Shown here in pieces: positions 39,175 through 55,269 of a stretch of DNA of 64,000 bases. Below the pieces are notes generated by a model, which worked only from the letters and a program-made list of their open reading frames with translations, searched no databases and was not told the origin of the DNA. A program made the translations under genes and the position numbers. Numbering within the stretch: the first letter of the stretch is position 1; each line of letters starts with the position of its first letter. Source of the DNA: a bacterium (lineage in GTDB: Bacteria > UBA8248); assembly GCA_965203325.1 (NCBI GenBank), contig OZ241875.1, positions 1,600,001 to 1,664,000 of the forward strand, in the 5' to 3' direction.

Positions 39175-40059
39175 CTAGTCGAGGTCTCTGCCCAGAAGCT
39201 CGATGAAGCGCCTCACGCCGCCGTGGAGGGGCTTGTCGCGCCTGTGGATGAGGCCCAGCGGCCGGATGATGCGCTCGCCCTCGAAGGGCAGCACCGCCAG
39301 CGTGTTCATGGCCCGCTCATTATGTACGGCCGAGCCGGGCAGAATGCTCACCCAAGTGTCGATGAAGAGCGCCTCCTTGATGCTCTCCACGTTGTCGAAC
39401 TCCATGACGACGTCCACGCCGACGCCCGCCTTGCGCAAGACCCTGTCGATCGCGCTTCGGATGGCGAGATCGGCATCGAACGCCACGAACGGTTCGCCCG
39501 CGAGGTCGGCTAGTCTCACCGCGTGGCGAAACGCCAACTGATGCCCCGGATGCGAGACAAAGAACATGGGATCTTCCTGGAAGGGTACGACCCGGAGCGC
39601 CTTGTCTCTCGGGGGGTAGGAGAGGATTCCGATGTCCGCCGTATCGTCCAGAACGGATTGCACCACCTTCTCGGGGTGGAGGCATTCGAGCCGAACGCGC
39701 GCCTGGGGATACAGGGAGCGGAACCGCTGCATGTAGACACCCATCTGGTGAAGCCCCACCGAGTAGATGGCCGCGACGCGCACCTGTCCGTGCACCTCGC
39801 CGATGCCGTGTGATATTTCCGCGCAGACCTGGTCGAATTCCCCCACCATCTTTCGGCACGCTTCATAAAACCGGGCGCCTTCCTCGGTGACGCCGAAAGG
39901 CCGCTTGCTTCTGTCGAGCAACTCGACGCTCAAATCCCCCTCGAGCTGGCGAAGCGCCTGACTCGCCGCAGACTGCGTGACGCCGCTTTGAGCGGCCCCC
40001 TTGGAAAAACTTTTCTCCTGGATGATACGGCAATACAGCCTCAAGGATTCGATGTTCAT
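39175..40059 (-). CDS. LysR-family regulator, divergent from gltBD
   Basis: SFSKGAAQSGVTQSAASQALRQLE HTH. Confidence 0.92.
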   Translation of the reverse strand: MNIESLRLYCRIIQEKSFSKGAAQSGVTQSAASQALRQLEGDLSVELLDRSKRPFGVTEEGARFYEACRKMVGEFDQVCAEISHGIGEVHGQVRVAAIYSVGLHQMGVYMQRFRSLYPQARVRLECLHPEKVVQSVLDDTADIGILSYPPRDKALRVVPFQEDPMFFVSHPGHQLAFRHAVRLADLAGEPFVAFDADLAIRSAIDRVLRKAGVGVDVVMEFDNVESIKEALFIDTWVSILPGSAVHNERAMNTLAVLPFEGERIIRPLGLIHRRDKPLHGGVRRFIELLGRDLD

Positions 40060-40262
40060 GAGAAAAGGTTACAATATAAATTATTCTAATGCAATATATT
40101 AAATATTTTAGTTTGTCTTATTTTCCAGGGCGTGTTATATTCAAAGTCCGTTTCATGGAAATCATCATGCGATGTCCATAAGACGCTCTCAGGAGTTCCC
40201 CGTGAAATGGGCAAACGGGGAGTTTTCCTGGAACTTCTCTCGGAAAGAAAGTTGGTGAAACA

Positions 40263-44811
<4,549 letters not shown>

Positions 44812-44819
<8 letters not shown>

Positions 44820-46263
44820 GCCGACGGGATTTGTGGAATTCGGAAGGGAAGCGCCCAAGACGAGGCCCGTGGAAGAGCGCGTCCACGACTGGGACGTCGT
44901 CTATCTCCCCACGCCGCACGAGACGCTCAAGCAGCAAGGTGCGCGGTGTATGGACTGCGGCATTCCCTTCTGCCATGAGGGATGCCCGCTGGGCAATCTG
45001 ATCCCCGACTGGAACGATCTGGTCTACCGCGATTTGTGGAAAGACGCCATCGACCGGCTCCACGCGACGAACAATTTCCCCGAGTTCACGGGCTGGCTCT
45101 GTCCGGCGCCGTGCGAGGATTCCTGCGTTCTGACGATCAACGACTCCCCGGTGACCATTAAGGAGATCGAAAAATCCGTCATCGAGCACGCCTTCGAACA
45201 GGGCTGGGTGGAGGCGACACCGCCTGCGGTGCGCACCGGCAAGAAAGCCGCCGTCGTCGGTTCGGGACCGGCGGGGCTGGCCGCCGCCCAGCAACTCAAC
45301 TGGGCGGGCCACCTGGTCACCGTGTTCGAGCGCGACGACAAGCTCGGCGGACTCATGCGCTACGGGATACCGGACTTCAAGATGGACAAGACGTATATCG
45401 ACCGCCGCACGCAGCAGATGGAAGAAGAGGGCGTGGCGTTCCGCGTGAACGCGAACGTGGGCGTCGACCCCAAGGTCTCAGAACTCCAGGAAGAATTCGA
45501 CGCCATCGTGCTGGCCGCAGGCGCTCTCCAACACAGGGATCTGCAGATTCCGGGCCGCGAGATGGACGGCATCCACTTCGGCATGCGCTACCTCACCATG
45601 CAGAACCGGAGGCTCGCGGGCGAGGACATTCCGGATGAGGATTTCATCACCGCGAAGGACAAGCACGTGGTCGTCATCGGCGGCGGCGATACGGGTGCGG
45701 ACTGCGTGGGCACCGCGCACAGGCAGGGGGCGAAAACCGTCCGGCAGTTCCAGTACCACCCGCGCCCGCCGGACAAGCGGGACCCGCTGAACGACCCCTG
45801 GCCGAACTACGCGAACATCTTCCGCACCGCGCCCATGTACGAAGAGGGCGGAGAGCGCATCTTCCAGATCCAGACCCGCCAGTTCCTGGGCGAAAACGGC
45901 CAAGTCAAGAAAATCGACACCGTAAAGGTGAACGAATCCCACGACGAGGACGGAAGAATCGTCTTCACCGAGATTCCGGGCACGGAAGAGGAAATCGACG
46001 CGGACCTCGTTCTCCTGGCGATCGGCTTCCAGGGTCCCGACTGCCACCCGCTTCTCGATGAACTGGCGCTTGAGCGCACCGGGCGCGGCGCGGTGAGCCG
46101 CGATGAAAAGTGGATGACGAGCGCGCCCGGCGTCTTCGTGGCGGGCGACATGATGCGCGGCGCATCCCTCGTGGTATGGGCGATTGCCGATGGCCGCTCC
46201 TGCGCCCGCGCCGTGGACGAATACCTGATGGGAGAATCCCAACTCCCCGCCCCGCTGGAATAG
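44812..46263 (+). CDS. gltD: Glutamate synthase small subunit
   Basis: [25 protein letters not shown]. Confidence 0.97.
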
Positions 46264-46353
46264 CAAACACGGACGCTACCACTCCACCAAGCCTCTTCTC
46301 GCAACCCCATCACCAAGGCGAGCAAAAAGTTTTTGAACGTACAGACAAAAGAG

Positions 46354-46382
46354 TTGACACGCCTAGTATTTCAGTTTATTGT
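46354..46382 (+). promoter_or_regulatory. sigma70-like promoter
   Basis: TTGACA-N17-TATTGT upstream of the repeat protein. Confidence 0.6.
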
Positions 46383-46430
46383 TGTTGCTATGCGAATGTA
46401 ATGCGAACGTTACGCGAACGGAGTGTAACC

Positions 46431-46982
46431 ATGACTCAAGAAATCCTCACCGCCATCGCTAGGCTGGACAAGAAAACGACTGCCGCAATCACGAAACTCG
46501 ATGAAAAAACAGCCGCCGCCATCGCCAAGCTGGACGAAAAAACGATTGCCGCCATTACGAAACTTGACGAAAAAACGACCACCGCTATCGCCAATCTGGA
46601 CAAGAAAACGACAGCTGCCATCTCGAAACTCGACGAAAAGACAACTACCGCTATCGCCAACCTGGACAAGAAAACGACAGCTGCCATCTCGAAACTCGAC
46701 GAAAAGACAACCGCCGCCATCGCCAAGCTGGACGAAAAAACGATTGCCGCCATCTCGAAACTTGACGAAAAGACAACTACCGCTATCGCCAACCTGGATG
46801 AGAAAACAACCAAAGCCCTTACGGAAGTCAGGAGCGAAATCACCACTTTCAGAAAAGAAGTAGACCAAAGGTTCGATACACTCGAATCAGAGATGGGTGA
46901 GGGATTCGAACTTCTCGACGGCCGCATGGTGAGTCTGGAGGCGAAAGTAGAGGCTTTGAGAGAAAACAAGGAGTGGGAGTAA
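46431..46982 (+). CDS. Coiled-coil protein with 11 hendecad (33-bp) repeats
   Basis: AIxKLDEKTTA-like unit repeated 11 times; GGAG RBS before ATG 46431. Confidence 0.8.
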   Translation: MTQEILTAIARLDKKTTAAITKLDEKTAAAIAKLDEKTIAAITKLDEKTTTAIANLDKKTTAAISKLDEKTTTAIANLDKKTTAAISKLDEKTTAAIAKLDEKTIAAISKLDEKTTTAIANLDEKTTKALTEVRSEITTFRKEVDQRFDTLESEMGEGFELLDGRMVSLEAKVEALRENKEWE

Positions 46983-47178
46983 GCAGCATATAAGCAAATC
47001 TTCTTCAGCAAACAGCTTTCTCTCGAGAAGCTCTAAACCCATGACTTCCCGATCGATGCCAAATGCTTTATCCATTCAAGTCCGGGTTGCGTGACAGGGG
47101 AGGCAAAAACCTCCCCGTCCTTTTAGATCGCTACCAATGATAAAGAGCGTACCCTAATCTCAGAAAAACCGAACAGTT

Positions 47179-48192
47179 TTATTTCGCCAGCACCTTGTTC
47201 TTGATGGGCCGTATGTCGAAAACCTCAGGCTTGTTCGTGTCCACCTTCACCTTGACGGCGTGCATGTGCTTTGCGCCGAAGACCTGGAGGGCGACGACGT
47301 TCGGCGCCTTTTTCGGGAACGGACGCGTGATCCGGTATTTGTGGCTGTCGCCATAGATCAGCAGGACCGGCTTTTTGAACGCGGCGGCCTTTTCGAGCAG
47401 CGCATCGCCGAACCGCTTGAAGCCCGATGCGCCCGAGAACGCCTCTTTTTTCGCTCTGAAGAATCCCGGCTTGAACATGTCGGCGTGGATCGCGAGCACG
47501 AGCGCCTTTGCCTTCATGGCGATGGCCCCCTCGAAGCCCGCTTTCAGCCAGGCGACGTTCGCCTTATCGCGGGCGAAGAACTCCTGGACGGCGCGCCTGT
47601 CCCGCACCTCGAAATTGTTGTTCGAACCCACGACGTGCGCCGCCACGAAATGAACGCCCTCTTTCACGAAGCGCGCATTTTCGGGATAGCCGGCGAATTC
47701 CTTCATGGCGTCGGATTGGCGTTCGAGCTTCATGGGAGCCTTGCCGAGTGATTGCGGGCCGCGTGAGAAGTAGTGCTTCCGCAAGAAGGCGAGCCTCTCG
47801 ATAGGATCGAAACGGCCGGCCTTCTTGCGGTGGCAATCCGTCCATTCGTTGTCGCCGGGCGTGTAGACGAGCGGGGCGTCGAAAGAGTTCATGAAACCGA
47901 GCTGGTCGAGCAACATCTTGTCCGAACAGGGCGTGGAGCCCGACTTGGTGTCCCCGATGTGAATGGTGAAGGCGGGTTTCAGCGCGTTCACTTGGCCGAT
48001 CAGCGTCTTGAACGGTGCGTAGACCTTCGCGGGCTTCCCGTATGGCATGTCGCCCAGGGCCACGAAGGTGAAGGGCTGATCGGCCGAGGCTGCGCCCGCC
48101 GTCAGCACGCATAGTGTCAACGCGCCGAGCAGCGCGCCCAAACATTTGCGCAAGAATGAAGCGGAATTTTTCATCGGACCCATCCCATCCAC
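47179..48192 (-). CDS. Secreted metallophosphoesterase (calcineurin-like)
   Basis: Signal peptide, GDMPY, HIGD, GDNEWTDC, GDSH. Confidence 0.85.
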   Translation of the reverse strand: MDGMGPMKNSASFLRKCLGALLGALTLCVLTAGAASADQPFTFVALGDMPYGKPAKVYAPFKTLIGQVNALKPAFTIHIGDTKSGSTPCSDKMLLDQLGFMNSFDAPLVYTPGDNEWTDCHRKKAGRFDPIERLAFLRKHYFSRGPQSLGKAPMKLERQSDAMKEFAGYPENARFVKEGVHFVAAHVVGSNNNFEVRDRRAVQEFFARDKANVAWLKAGFEGAIAMKAKALVLAIHADMFKPGFFRAKKEAFSGASGFKRFGDALLEKAAAFKKPVLLIYGDSHKYRITRPFPKKAPNVVALQVFGAKHMHAVKVKVDTNKPEVFDIRPIKNKVLAK

Positions 48193-48409
48193 CTCCTATG
48201 GATTGCAAGAAAGATTGGCATCTCCCGATACGAAAGGAGACGCCTGCCAACAACTGGAAAAACAGCCATGCCGAAGTCCGGGTTTTCGCTCGTAGCTCCC
48301 TACGGGATGGAATATAGAGAAGATTTCCAGGAGAGGTGTTACAAACAGGTGGCGGTTCCATGATTTTTCGCTAAAACAGGGGCGGATGAACCGCGCGCCG
48401 CTCAAAAAC

Positions 48410-49300
48410 CTACCTGCGCCAGCCCAGCCTGTCCGCGATGCGCAGGATGATGTCCGATCGGTTGAGGGCGTAGACGTGAAAATGGTTGACGCCCAGTTCC
48501 ATCAACTCCCAAATCTGGAACGCCGCCAGATCGGCCGAGCTTTCCTGAAAGGCCTCGGGGTCATCCTCGTAGGGCGCCAACGCATCGACGACGCTTTTGG
48601 GCACGCTCGCCCCGCATTTTTCCGCGAAACGCTGGACCTGGCCGAGGTCGCGCACGGGCAGGATGCCCGGCGACACGGGAACCGGGACGCCCCGAATCGC
48701 CGTCTGCTCCCGGAACCGCTCCCAGACGCTCGCCTCGAAGAAGAACTGCGAAATCGCGTAGCTGGCCCCTTCGTCGACCTTGCGGATGAAGTGATCCATA
48801 TCCGCGTTCTTGTCGGGCGTTTCGGGGTGGCCCTCGGGGTAGCAGGCCACGCCGATGGAGTGGAGCCAGTCGAAGTTACAGAGCCACCGCACGAGGTCGG
48901 CGGCGTAGCGGAACCCGCCGGCCACGGCCTCATCGTGCGTCATGCCTTCCGGGATGTCGCCGCGAAGCGCCAGGATGTCGTACACCCGGTTATCCCCATA
49001 AACGTCCAACAGGCGTGAGAGTTCCGCTTCATTCGCGCCCACGCAGGTGAGGTGCGCCACGACGCGGCGCGGATAGCGCCTCGCCAGCTCCAGCACCAAC
49101 TCGAGCGTGCCCTCCTGCGTGGAGCCGCCCGCTCCGTAGGTCACCGAGGTGAAGGCGACGTCCATCGCGTCGTGAATCGCCTCCACCTCGCGCAGGGTGC
49201 GCTCCACCGCCTTGCGCCCCTTGGGCGGGTAGAGCTCGATGGAGACGCTCACTCCATCGGAGACGATGCCATCGATGACGGCGGACAACCCGTTCACCAC
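48410..49300 (-). CDS. metF: 5,10-methylenetetrahydrofolate reductase
   Basis: SVTYGAGG, AHLTC, ALRGD, YPEGHP. Confidence 0.93.
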   Translation of the reverse strand: MVNGLSAVIDGIVSDGVSVSIELYPPKGRKAVERTLREVEAIHDAMDVAFTSVTYGAGGSTQEGTLELVLELARRYPRRVVAHLTCVGANEAELSRLLDVYGDNRVYDILALRGDIPEGMTHDEAVAGGFRYAADLVRWLCNFDWLHSIGVACYPEGHPETPDKNADMDHFIRKVDEGASYAISQFFFEASVWERFREQTAIRGVPVPVSPGILPVRDLGQVQRFAEKCGASVPKSVVDALAPYEDDPEAFQESSADLAAFQIWELMELGVNHFHVYALNRSDIILRIADRLGWRR

Positions 49301-49403
49301 TTCCCTCCTCCCTCAGACGGACGCCGGAAGAATGAGAAACGCAAAAAAACGGGCGCGGGGCATGTTCACCCCGCGCCCAGGAACATCAGGTGCAAAGACC
49401 GGC

Positions 49404-49868
49404 CTAGCCCAGACCCTCGATTGCCGCGAAGAGCTTATCGTCGTCGGGCTTCTCAGGCGGAGCGGACGTCACCTCCATGTAGGCGACGTTCCCGTCCTTG
49501 TTGACGAGAATCACCGCGCGGTTGCTGAAGCCCTTGTCGTTCAAGAGCCCATAGGCCGCGCACGTTCCCTTGCCGAAGAAATCGCTCAGCAGCGGGAATT
49601 CGATGCCGTATTTCTCGGCCCAGGCGGCGTGCGCGAACGGGCTGTCCACGCTGATGCCGATGACCTCGCAGTCGGCATTGTCGAACTTCGCCTTCTCCGC
49701 CTGATAGGCGGGCAGCTGCTCGCTGCACACGGAGGAGAAATCGAACGGGTAGAAGCAAAGCAGCACGTTCTTCTTGCCCCGGTAATCGCTCAGCTTGATC
49801 GTGTCGCCCTCGGCGAGGGTTCTCGGCAGCTCGAAATCGGGAGCCGCATCACCTACGCTCAGTGCCAT
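49404..49868 (-). CDS. Peroxiredoxin (AhpE/BCP-like)
   Basis: [21 protein letters not shown]. Confidence 0.9.
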   Translation of the reverse strand: MALSVGDAAPDFELPRTLAEGDTIKLSDYRGKKNVLLCFYPFDFSSVCSEQLPAYQAEKAKFDNADCEVIGISVDSPFAHAAWAEKYGIEFPLLSDFFGKGTCAAYGLLNDKGFSNRAVILVNKDGNVAYMEVTSAPPEKPDDDKLFAAIEGLG

Positions 49869-49880
49869 GAGACAACCCTC

Positions 49881-50468
<588 letters not shown>

Positions 50469-50714
50469 TTCGTTTTCTCCTTGATGGGAATGGAATGTTC
50501 CGATTCAGGTGGTAAATATCAAACCCCGAGGCCACGGCCCCGAAAAATTATCCAAAACCGCCGGATCGCGTGAACGGCGATAAGAGACGATGCGGATGGG
50601 TTTTCCGTGTTGAGTAAAATCGTATCTCTGCCCTGATTCACAAGCGCGCGTATTCTACTTTCAGGGATCGTCCGCGTCAAACCGCATCCTGAGCGGGAAC
50701 GGCCCGTCTTTCGC

Positions 50715-51614
50715 CTATTCCGGCGCGTCCATCTTCTGGATTTCGTCGAAATCGCGGTAGAGAAGCGTCAGGTCCTCCTCGATCATCCCCCGCTCGACAG
50801 CCTTCCTCAAGAACGAGAGCGTACCCTCGGCGAGCTGGATGTCAGCACCTCTCTTTCGCCCGATGCCGACGGCGAGGCCGACGTCTTTTTGCAGGTTGTA
50901 GATGCGGGCCTGCCCGTTCCAGGTGCCCGAGAGGATGTTGTTCGGAAAACGGTGGCGGCTCGCGTAGCTGTAGGCCGTCGACGCGTTGAAGATGTCAATC
51001 ATGTCCTCGACCCGCATCCCGAGCCGCTCGACGAGGCGCGCGCCCTCGCAGGTCGCCAGGAACATGGTGTGGAGCACCATGTTGTGGATGAGCTTCATGG
51101 TGTGGCCCGAACCCAGCGCGCCCAGATGGAAGACGTGGTCGACGAAGGGTTTCAGGTATCGCCTCGTGCGCTTCAAGAGTTTCTCGTCCCCTCCGATCAT
51201 CAAGGTCAGCCTGCCCTCCAGAATGTTGCCGGGCCCGCCGCTCATGCCGGCGTCGAGATAGCCCAGCCCCGCGCGCTCGGCGCGCTTCGCGAGACGCTTC
51301 GTCTTCGCCGGGTCGGACGTCGTGAGGTCGTAGACGACGAGGCCTTTTTTCGGGTTTTTGAGCAGGCCGTCCTTTCCCCGAAAACACGCGGCTATCTCAC
51401 TTGAGGAAGGCACGACGAAGAAGACGACCGCGCAGGATTCCCCTATCTCGCGCGGCGTGGCGATGACGACGCCCTCGGTTTCCTCGAAGAGCCTCCGCCT
51501 ATCTTCTGCGACATCCCAGACCATCAGGGGCATCTTCGCTTGTAAGAACCTTTGCGCCACGGGATTCCCCATGCGGCCCAGGCCGATGACGCCCACGCCC
51601 TTTCGTTTCGCCAT
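50715..51614 (-). CDS. NAD(P)-dependent oxidoreductase, 3-hydroxyisobutyrate dehydrogenase family
   Basis: GVIGLGRMG, DAGMSGG, KLIHN. Confidence 0.88.
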   Translation of the reverse strand: MAKRKGVGVIGLGRMGNPVAQRFLQAKMPLMVWDVAEDRRRLFEETEGVVIATPREIGESCAVVFFVVPSSSEIAACFRGKDGLLKNPKKGLVVYDLTTSDPAKTKRLAKRAERAGLGYLDAGMSGGPGNILEGRLTLMIGGDEKLLKRTRRYLKPFVDHVFHLGALGSGHTMKLIHNMVLHTMFLATCEGARLVERLGMRVEDMIDIFNASTAYSYASRHRFPNNILSGTWNGQARIYNLQKDVGLAVGIGRKRGADIQLAEGTLSFLRKAVERGMIEEDLTLLYRDFDEIQKMDAPE

Positions 51615-51652
51615 GCAACACCTCGGATGGATGAACCGGAAATGAATTCTGC

Positions 51653-51729
51653 TGGAGCCGACGACCGGACTTGAACCGGTGACCTGCTGATTACGAATCA
51701 GCTGCTCTACCTGTCTGAGCTACGTCGGC
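51653..51729 (-). tRNA. tRNA-Thr(CGT)
   Basis: Cloverleaf GCCGACG..., anticodon arm CTGAT-TCGTA-ATCAG, GGTTCAAGTCC, encoded CCA. Confidence 0.95.
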
Positions 51730-51912
51730 AAGAAGGAGTATGCAACCCTGGTGAGGCTCGCGTTCCCCATGAGGGAGGTATTGAACACACCGCCCCCGCC
51801 TTCGTCAAGCCGAAAGAGGTCCGGGCCACCCGAAACGCAAGATTCGTAGCCGCCCGCGTTTGACTCCACGGCTTGACTTACAGGCCCGTGCGTCGTAAAT
51901 CTCTTTTCTCTT

Positions 51913-51985
<73 letters not shown>

Positions 51986-52143
51986 CTACAAACCACCCCG
52001 AATCCGTTCGGGTTTCATACTATTTCTCACAGGAACGCCCGGACTACGTCTCGTGCGGGAATGCGGCCCGCCCCCGGAGGGGGCCGGTTCGCGCGCCGGG
52101 TCACCCACGGCCCGCTCCCGGATCACCAATATGGAGACCGAAG

Positions 52144-52533
52144 ATGGACGACGCCGAGAAAAAGGCCCTGATCGAGAAGACCGTCGCCGACCGCGGCTGG
52201 GTGCTGCCCGAGCAGGAGTTCTACATCAACAAAGACCCCGAATACCACGTGCGCCAAAGCGCGCTCTATAACCACGTCATCAAGCGCGAGGGGGCGCTCT
52301 CTGAAAAGATGCGCGAGCTCATCATTATCACCGCCCTTTGCGTGCGCCTCCCCGGCACGGAGGTGGAAACCTACGTCAAAAACCACATCCGCCGCGCGCT
52401 GGACCTGGGCGCCACTGAGGATGAGATATTCGAGGCCGTGCAATGCCTGATCTTCCCGGCAGGCGGCCCCTCGCTGATGATGGGCATCAAGTGCCTGCGC
52501 GCCGTCCTGGAAGAGCGCGGACTTTTAGATTGA
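52144..52533 (+). CDS. Carboxymuconolactone decarboxylase (CMD) family protein
   Basis: ALSEKMRELI...HIRRALDLGATEDEIFEA. Confidence 0.85.
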   Translation: MDDAEKKALIEKTVADRGWVLPEQEFYINKDPEYHVRQSALYNHVIKREGALSEKMRELIIITALCVRLPGTEVETYVKNHIRRALDLGATEDEIFEAVQCLIFPAGGPSLMMGIKCLRAVLEERGLLD

Positions 52534-52562
52534 TTTTTCGAGATAGTCATAGGGGACACCGC

Positions 52563-53300
52563 ATGGACAGAAGCATCTGGGCGACCTGGTACGATCTGCC
52601 GAAAGAAGACGAGGCCGAATACAACGACTGGCTCCACCACACCCACATCAAGGACGCGCTCAAGCGTCCCGGCTACATGTGGGCGGCCCACTATGAACTC
52701 GTGGACAGGGAATCGCCCAAATCGAAGAAAAAGGACCATTTGGCCTACACGGACGACCCCTCGATCCCGGGCGGCACGGAGTTTCTGCTGCTCTTCGGGG
52801 GCACGAGTGCTGAGGTGTTCCTGAGCCCCAACCCGGCGCAGCTTGCGGAGACCTATTCCGATGAGACGAAGGCGATGATCGGTAAGCGAATCGGCGAGCG
52901 CACGGGCATCTTCACCGAGGTGGACCGGGTGAACGGCCCCGCCGCCGCTACCCGCGCTCTCGGAGGCGTGCCCGCGCCAATCGTCCAGATGGGAACCTTC
53001 AACTGCTTCACGCCCGAGGATGATTTCGACTTGAGTTCGTGGTACGCGCAGGACCGCCTGCCCGCAATGAAGTACATGCGCGGCTGCGTGGGCACGCGCA
53101 AGCTCGTCTCGGTGGCGGGATGGGCGAAACACTCCATCTTCTATGAGTTCTCCTCGCTGGAGATGGTCCTCGAGCACTTCCCGCGCGCGGACAAGCTCTT
53201 CCCCGGCGAGAACGACTGGTCGTACCACGTATGCCAGCGCCTGCTCCACGCACCTGGCTCGCCCACGCGCGGCAAGCGCATCTGGCCGCCCGTGGAATAA
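52563..53300 (+). CDS. Hypothetical protein with duplicated dimeric alpha-beta barrel-like domains
   Basis: EYNDWLHHTHI...PG and WYAQDRLP...G repeats. Confidence 0.65.
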   Translation: MDRSIWATWYDLPKEDEAEYNDWLHHTHIKDALKRPGYMWAAHYELVDRESPKSKKKDHLAYTDDPSIPGGTEFLLLFGGTSAEVFLSPNPAQLAETYSDETKAMIGKRIGERTGIFTEVDRVNGPAAATRALGGVPAPIVQMGTFNCFTPEDDFDLSSWYAQDRLPAMKYMRGCVGTRKLVSVAGWAKHSIFYEFSSLEMVLEHFPRADKLFPGENDWSYHVCQRLLHAPGSPTRGKRIWPPVE

Positions 53301-53316
53301 AGCGGAGGACGCGCGC

Positions 53317-54006
53317 ATGAACTACATGAAGCCGATACCGGTCGAGGAGGCCGAAGGCGAAGCCGCGAAACTCTTCCAAGGCGTGACGAAAATGCTCGGG
53401 CGCGTGGCGAATTCCTTCGCCGTCATGGCCTATCAGCCCCACGTCGCCAAGGTCATCCTGCCGCTCACCGTCACCCTCATGCGCGAGGGGCTGGGCACGG
53501 TGCTGCCCACCAAGATCAAGGAAATCGCCGTCATCAAGACGAGCCACCTGAACGGGTGCGACTACTGACTCGGACACAACACGGCGCTCGGTCGAGACGC
53601 CGGGGTGACGGAAGCGCAGGTGCAGGAAATCTGCTCGGACGCCTATATGGATTCAAAGACGATGAGCGCGCGGGAGAAGGCCGCCGTCCTGTGGGCGGAG
53701 CACGTAACGCTGAACACCGCCAAGACGCGCGACGACGTGTTCGAGGAGGTGCGGCGTCACTACGACGACCGCGAATTCGTCGAACTCACGATGGTCATCA
53801 CCTACTTCAACATGAGAAACCGCTTCCAGGACGCCCTGCGCATCCCGCTCGATGAGCCGAAAACGATATCGGGCATCACCATCGGGCGCAGGCAGGACCC
53901 CGAGAACCTGAAAGCCTATCTCGCGGACGTGGTGGAGGGGTGGCCCGAGAGCTTTCCGGGGCCAGTGTCTGAGGATGGAGGTGTTGAGAAACCTTCGATT
54001 TCGTGA
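53317..54006 (+). CDS. AhpD/CMD-family probable selenoprotein with CxxU motif (UGA 53566-53568)
   Basis: KEIAVIKTSHLNGCDY-U-LGHN continues in frame to 54006. Hairpin at 53582-53602. Confidence 0.82.
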
Positions 54007-54055
54007 TTCGGCGTATGTAGCAGACCGGGGAAGGAGGAAACTTCACTCTCCTCTT

Positions 54056-54361
54056 GGGGTTGTTGGAAAAGGCCACATTTCAGGGGTAGAAGAGAAGTCC
54101 CTCTCGAATGGAAAAGCAACCCCCCCTACCCCCCCTTGTCAGGGGGGTATAAAAAAACGATGCGCCCCTGCCGGGCTGAGGGGGCTTTGTTATTTCTTGC
54201 CCCTGGCGAGGGGGGTATGAAAAGGCGACGCCCGCCGCCGGTAGAGAGGGGTTTGCTTTTTCTTGTCCCCCTGACAAGGGGGGGTAGGGGGGGGTTGCCT
54301 TATGGGGTTTCCCTTTCAAGGGGGTTGCCATTACCCTCTCATGGGCTTTTTCAACAGCCCC
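54056..54361. mobile_element. MITE-like element with 15-bp terminal inverted repeats
   Basis: GGGGTTGTTGGAAAA ... TTTTTCAACAGCCCC (13/15); internal inverted cores shared with the 23 kb and 26 kb copies. Confidence 0.7.
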
Positions 54362-54392
54362 GGAATAAAGAGAATTCAGGAGGCCGTCAGCC

Positions 54393-54836
54393 ATGAGCGA
54401 AAAGCCCGATTTCGTCTGGGAGAACCTGGAAGTCGGCATGACGATCGGCGAGCGCAGCCTCAAGGTGACGCAAGCGATGGTGGATGCGCACTGCGACGCC
54501 GTGGGCGCGCGGCGGGAGTGGTATACGGGCGAATCTCCCTTTGGCTGCGCCATCGCGCCGCCCATGATCTTCATCAACGACCTGCTCGCCATCTACGATG
54601 CGAACTACAAGCGCTTCGGCACCATCCACGCCAAGCTCGGCTACCGCTTCCACAAGCCCGTGCGCGTCGGCGAAACGGTGCGCCAGAAAGTCACGGTGAA
54701 GGATTTGTACGTGAAGCGCGAGAAGGGCTGGATCGTGAGCGAGCTCGCCGTAACGAACGAGGCGGGGGAGTTGCTGCTCACCTCCTCGCACACTTCCGTC
54801 CTGAGCCTCACGAGAAGGCACGAAAAAGATGACTGA
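54393..54836 (+). CDS. MaoC/hotdog-fold dehydratase
   Basis: IAPP, IHA....FHKPVRVG. Confidence 0.82.
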   Translation: MSEKPDFVWENLEVGMTIGERSLKVTQAMVDAHCDAVGARREWYTGESPFGCAIAPPMIFINDLLAIYDANYKRFGTIHAKLGYRFHKPVRVGETVRQKVTVKDLYVKREKGWIVSELAVTNEAGELLLTSSHTSVLSLTRRHEKDD

Positions 54837-55260
54837 TACGCTGCCCGAAAACCTGGAACCAGGAGACGCCCTCCCCGAGCGGACGCACGAGGTGGACTGG
54901 GAGGACATCCTCAAATTCAACCGCTACGTCACAGGCGGCGTGGATACCAGGAACATCCACACGGACGATGAGGTGGCCAGAAAGGCGGGCCTTCCCCGGG
55001 CGGTGGCGACGGGCCGCCACCCGGTGTCGTTCATCACCGAGCTCATGGTCGATCACTTAGGCTTCGGCTTCATCACGGGCGGTGAGATCGATGTATCCTT
55101 CGTCAAGCCCATATTCCCGGGGGACGTTCTGACGCTTCAGGCCGTGCTCAAGGAGAAAACGCTCGACCAAGGCGCCACACGTTATCTCTTCGACGTATCG
55201 CTCACGAACCAGGGCGGCGCAGCCGTAACGGTCGGCACTGCCGGCGCCCGACTCGCCTAA
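54829..55260 (+). CDS. MaoC dehydratase
   Basis: NIHTDDEVARKAGL, FVKPIFPGD. Confidence 0.85.
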   Translation: MTDTLPENLEPGDALPERTHEVDWEDILKFNRYVTGGVDTRNIHTDDEVARKAGLPRAVATGRHPVSFITELMVDHLGFGFITGGEIDVSFVKPIFPGDVLTLQAVLKEKTLDQGATRYLFDVSLTNQGGAAVTVGTAGARLA

Positions 55261-55269
55261 GACCCACGC

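Noticed and set aside
46450..46820. 33-bp repeats as a possible CRISPR array
   Set aside because: Contiguous in-frame coding repeats without unique spacers; no cas genes.
49404..49868. Peroxiredoxin as another selenoprotein
   Set aside because: The active-site residue is an ordinary Cys codon, with no in-frame UGA.
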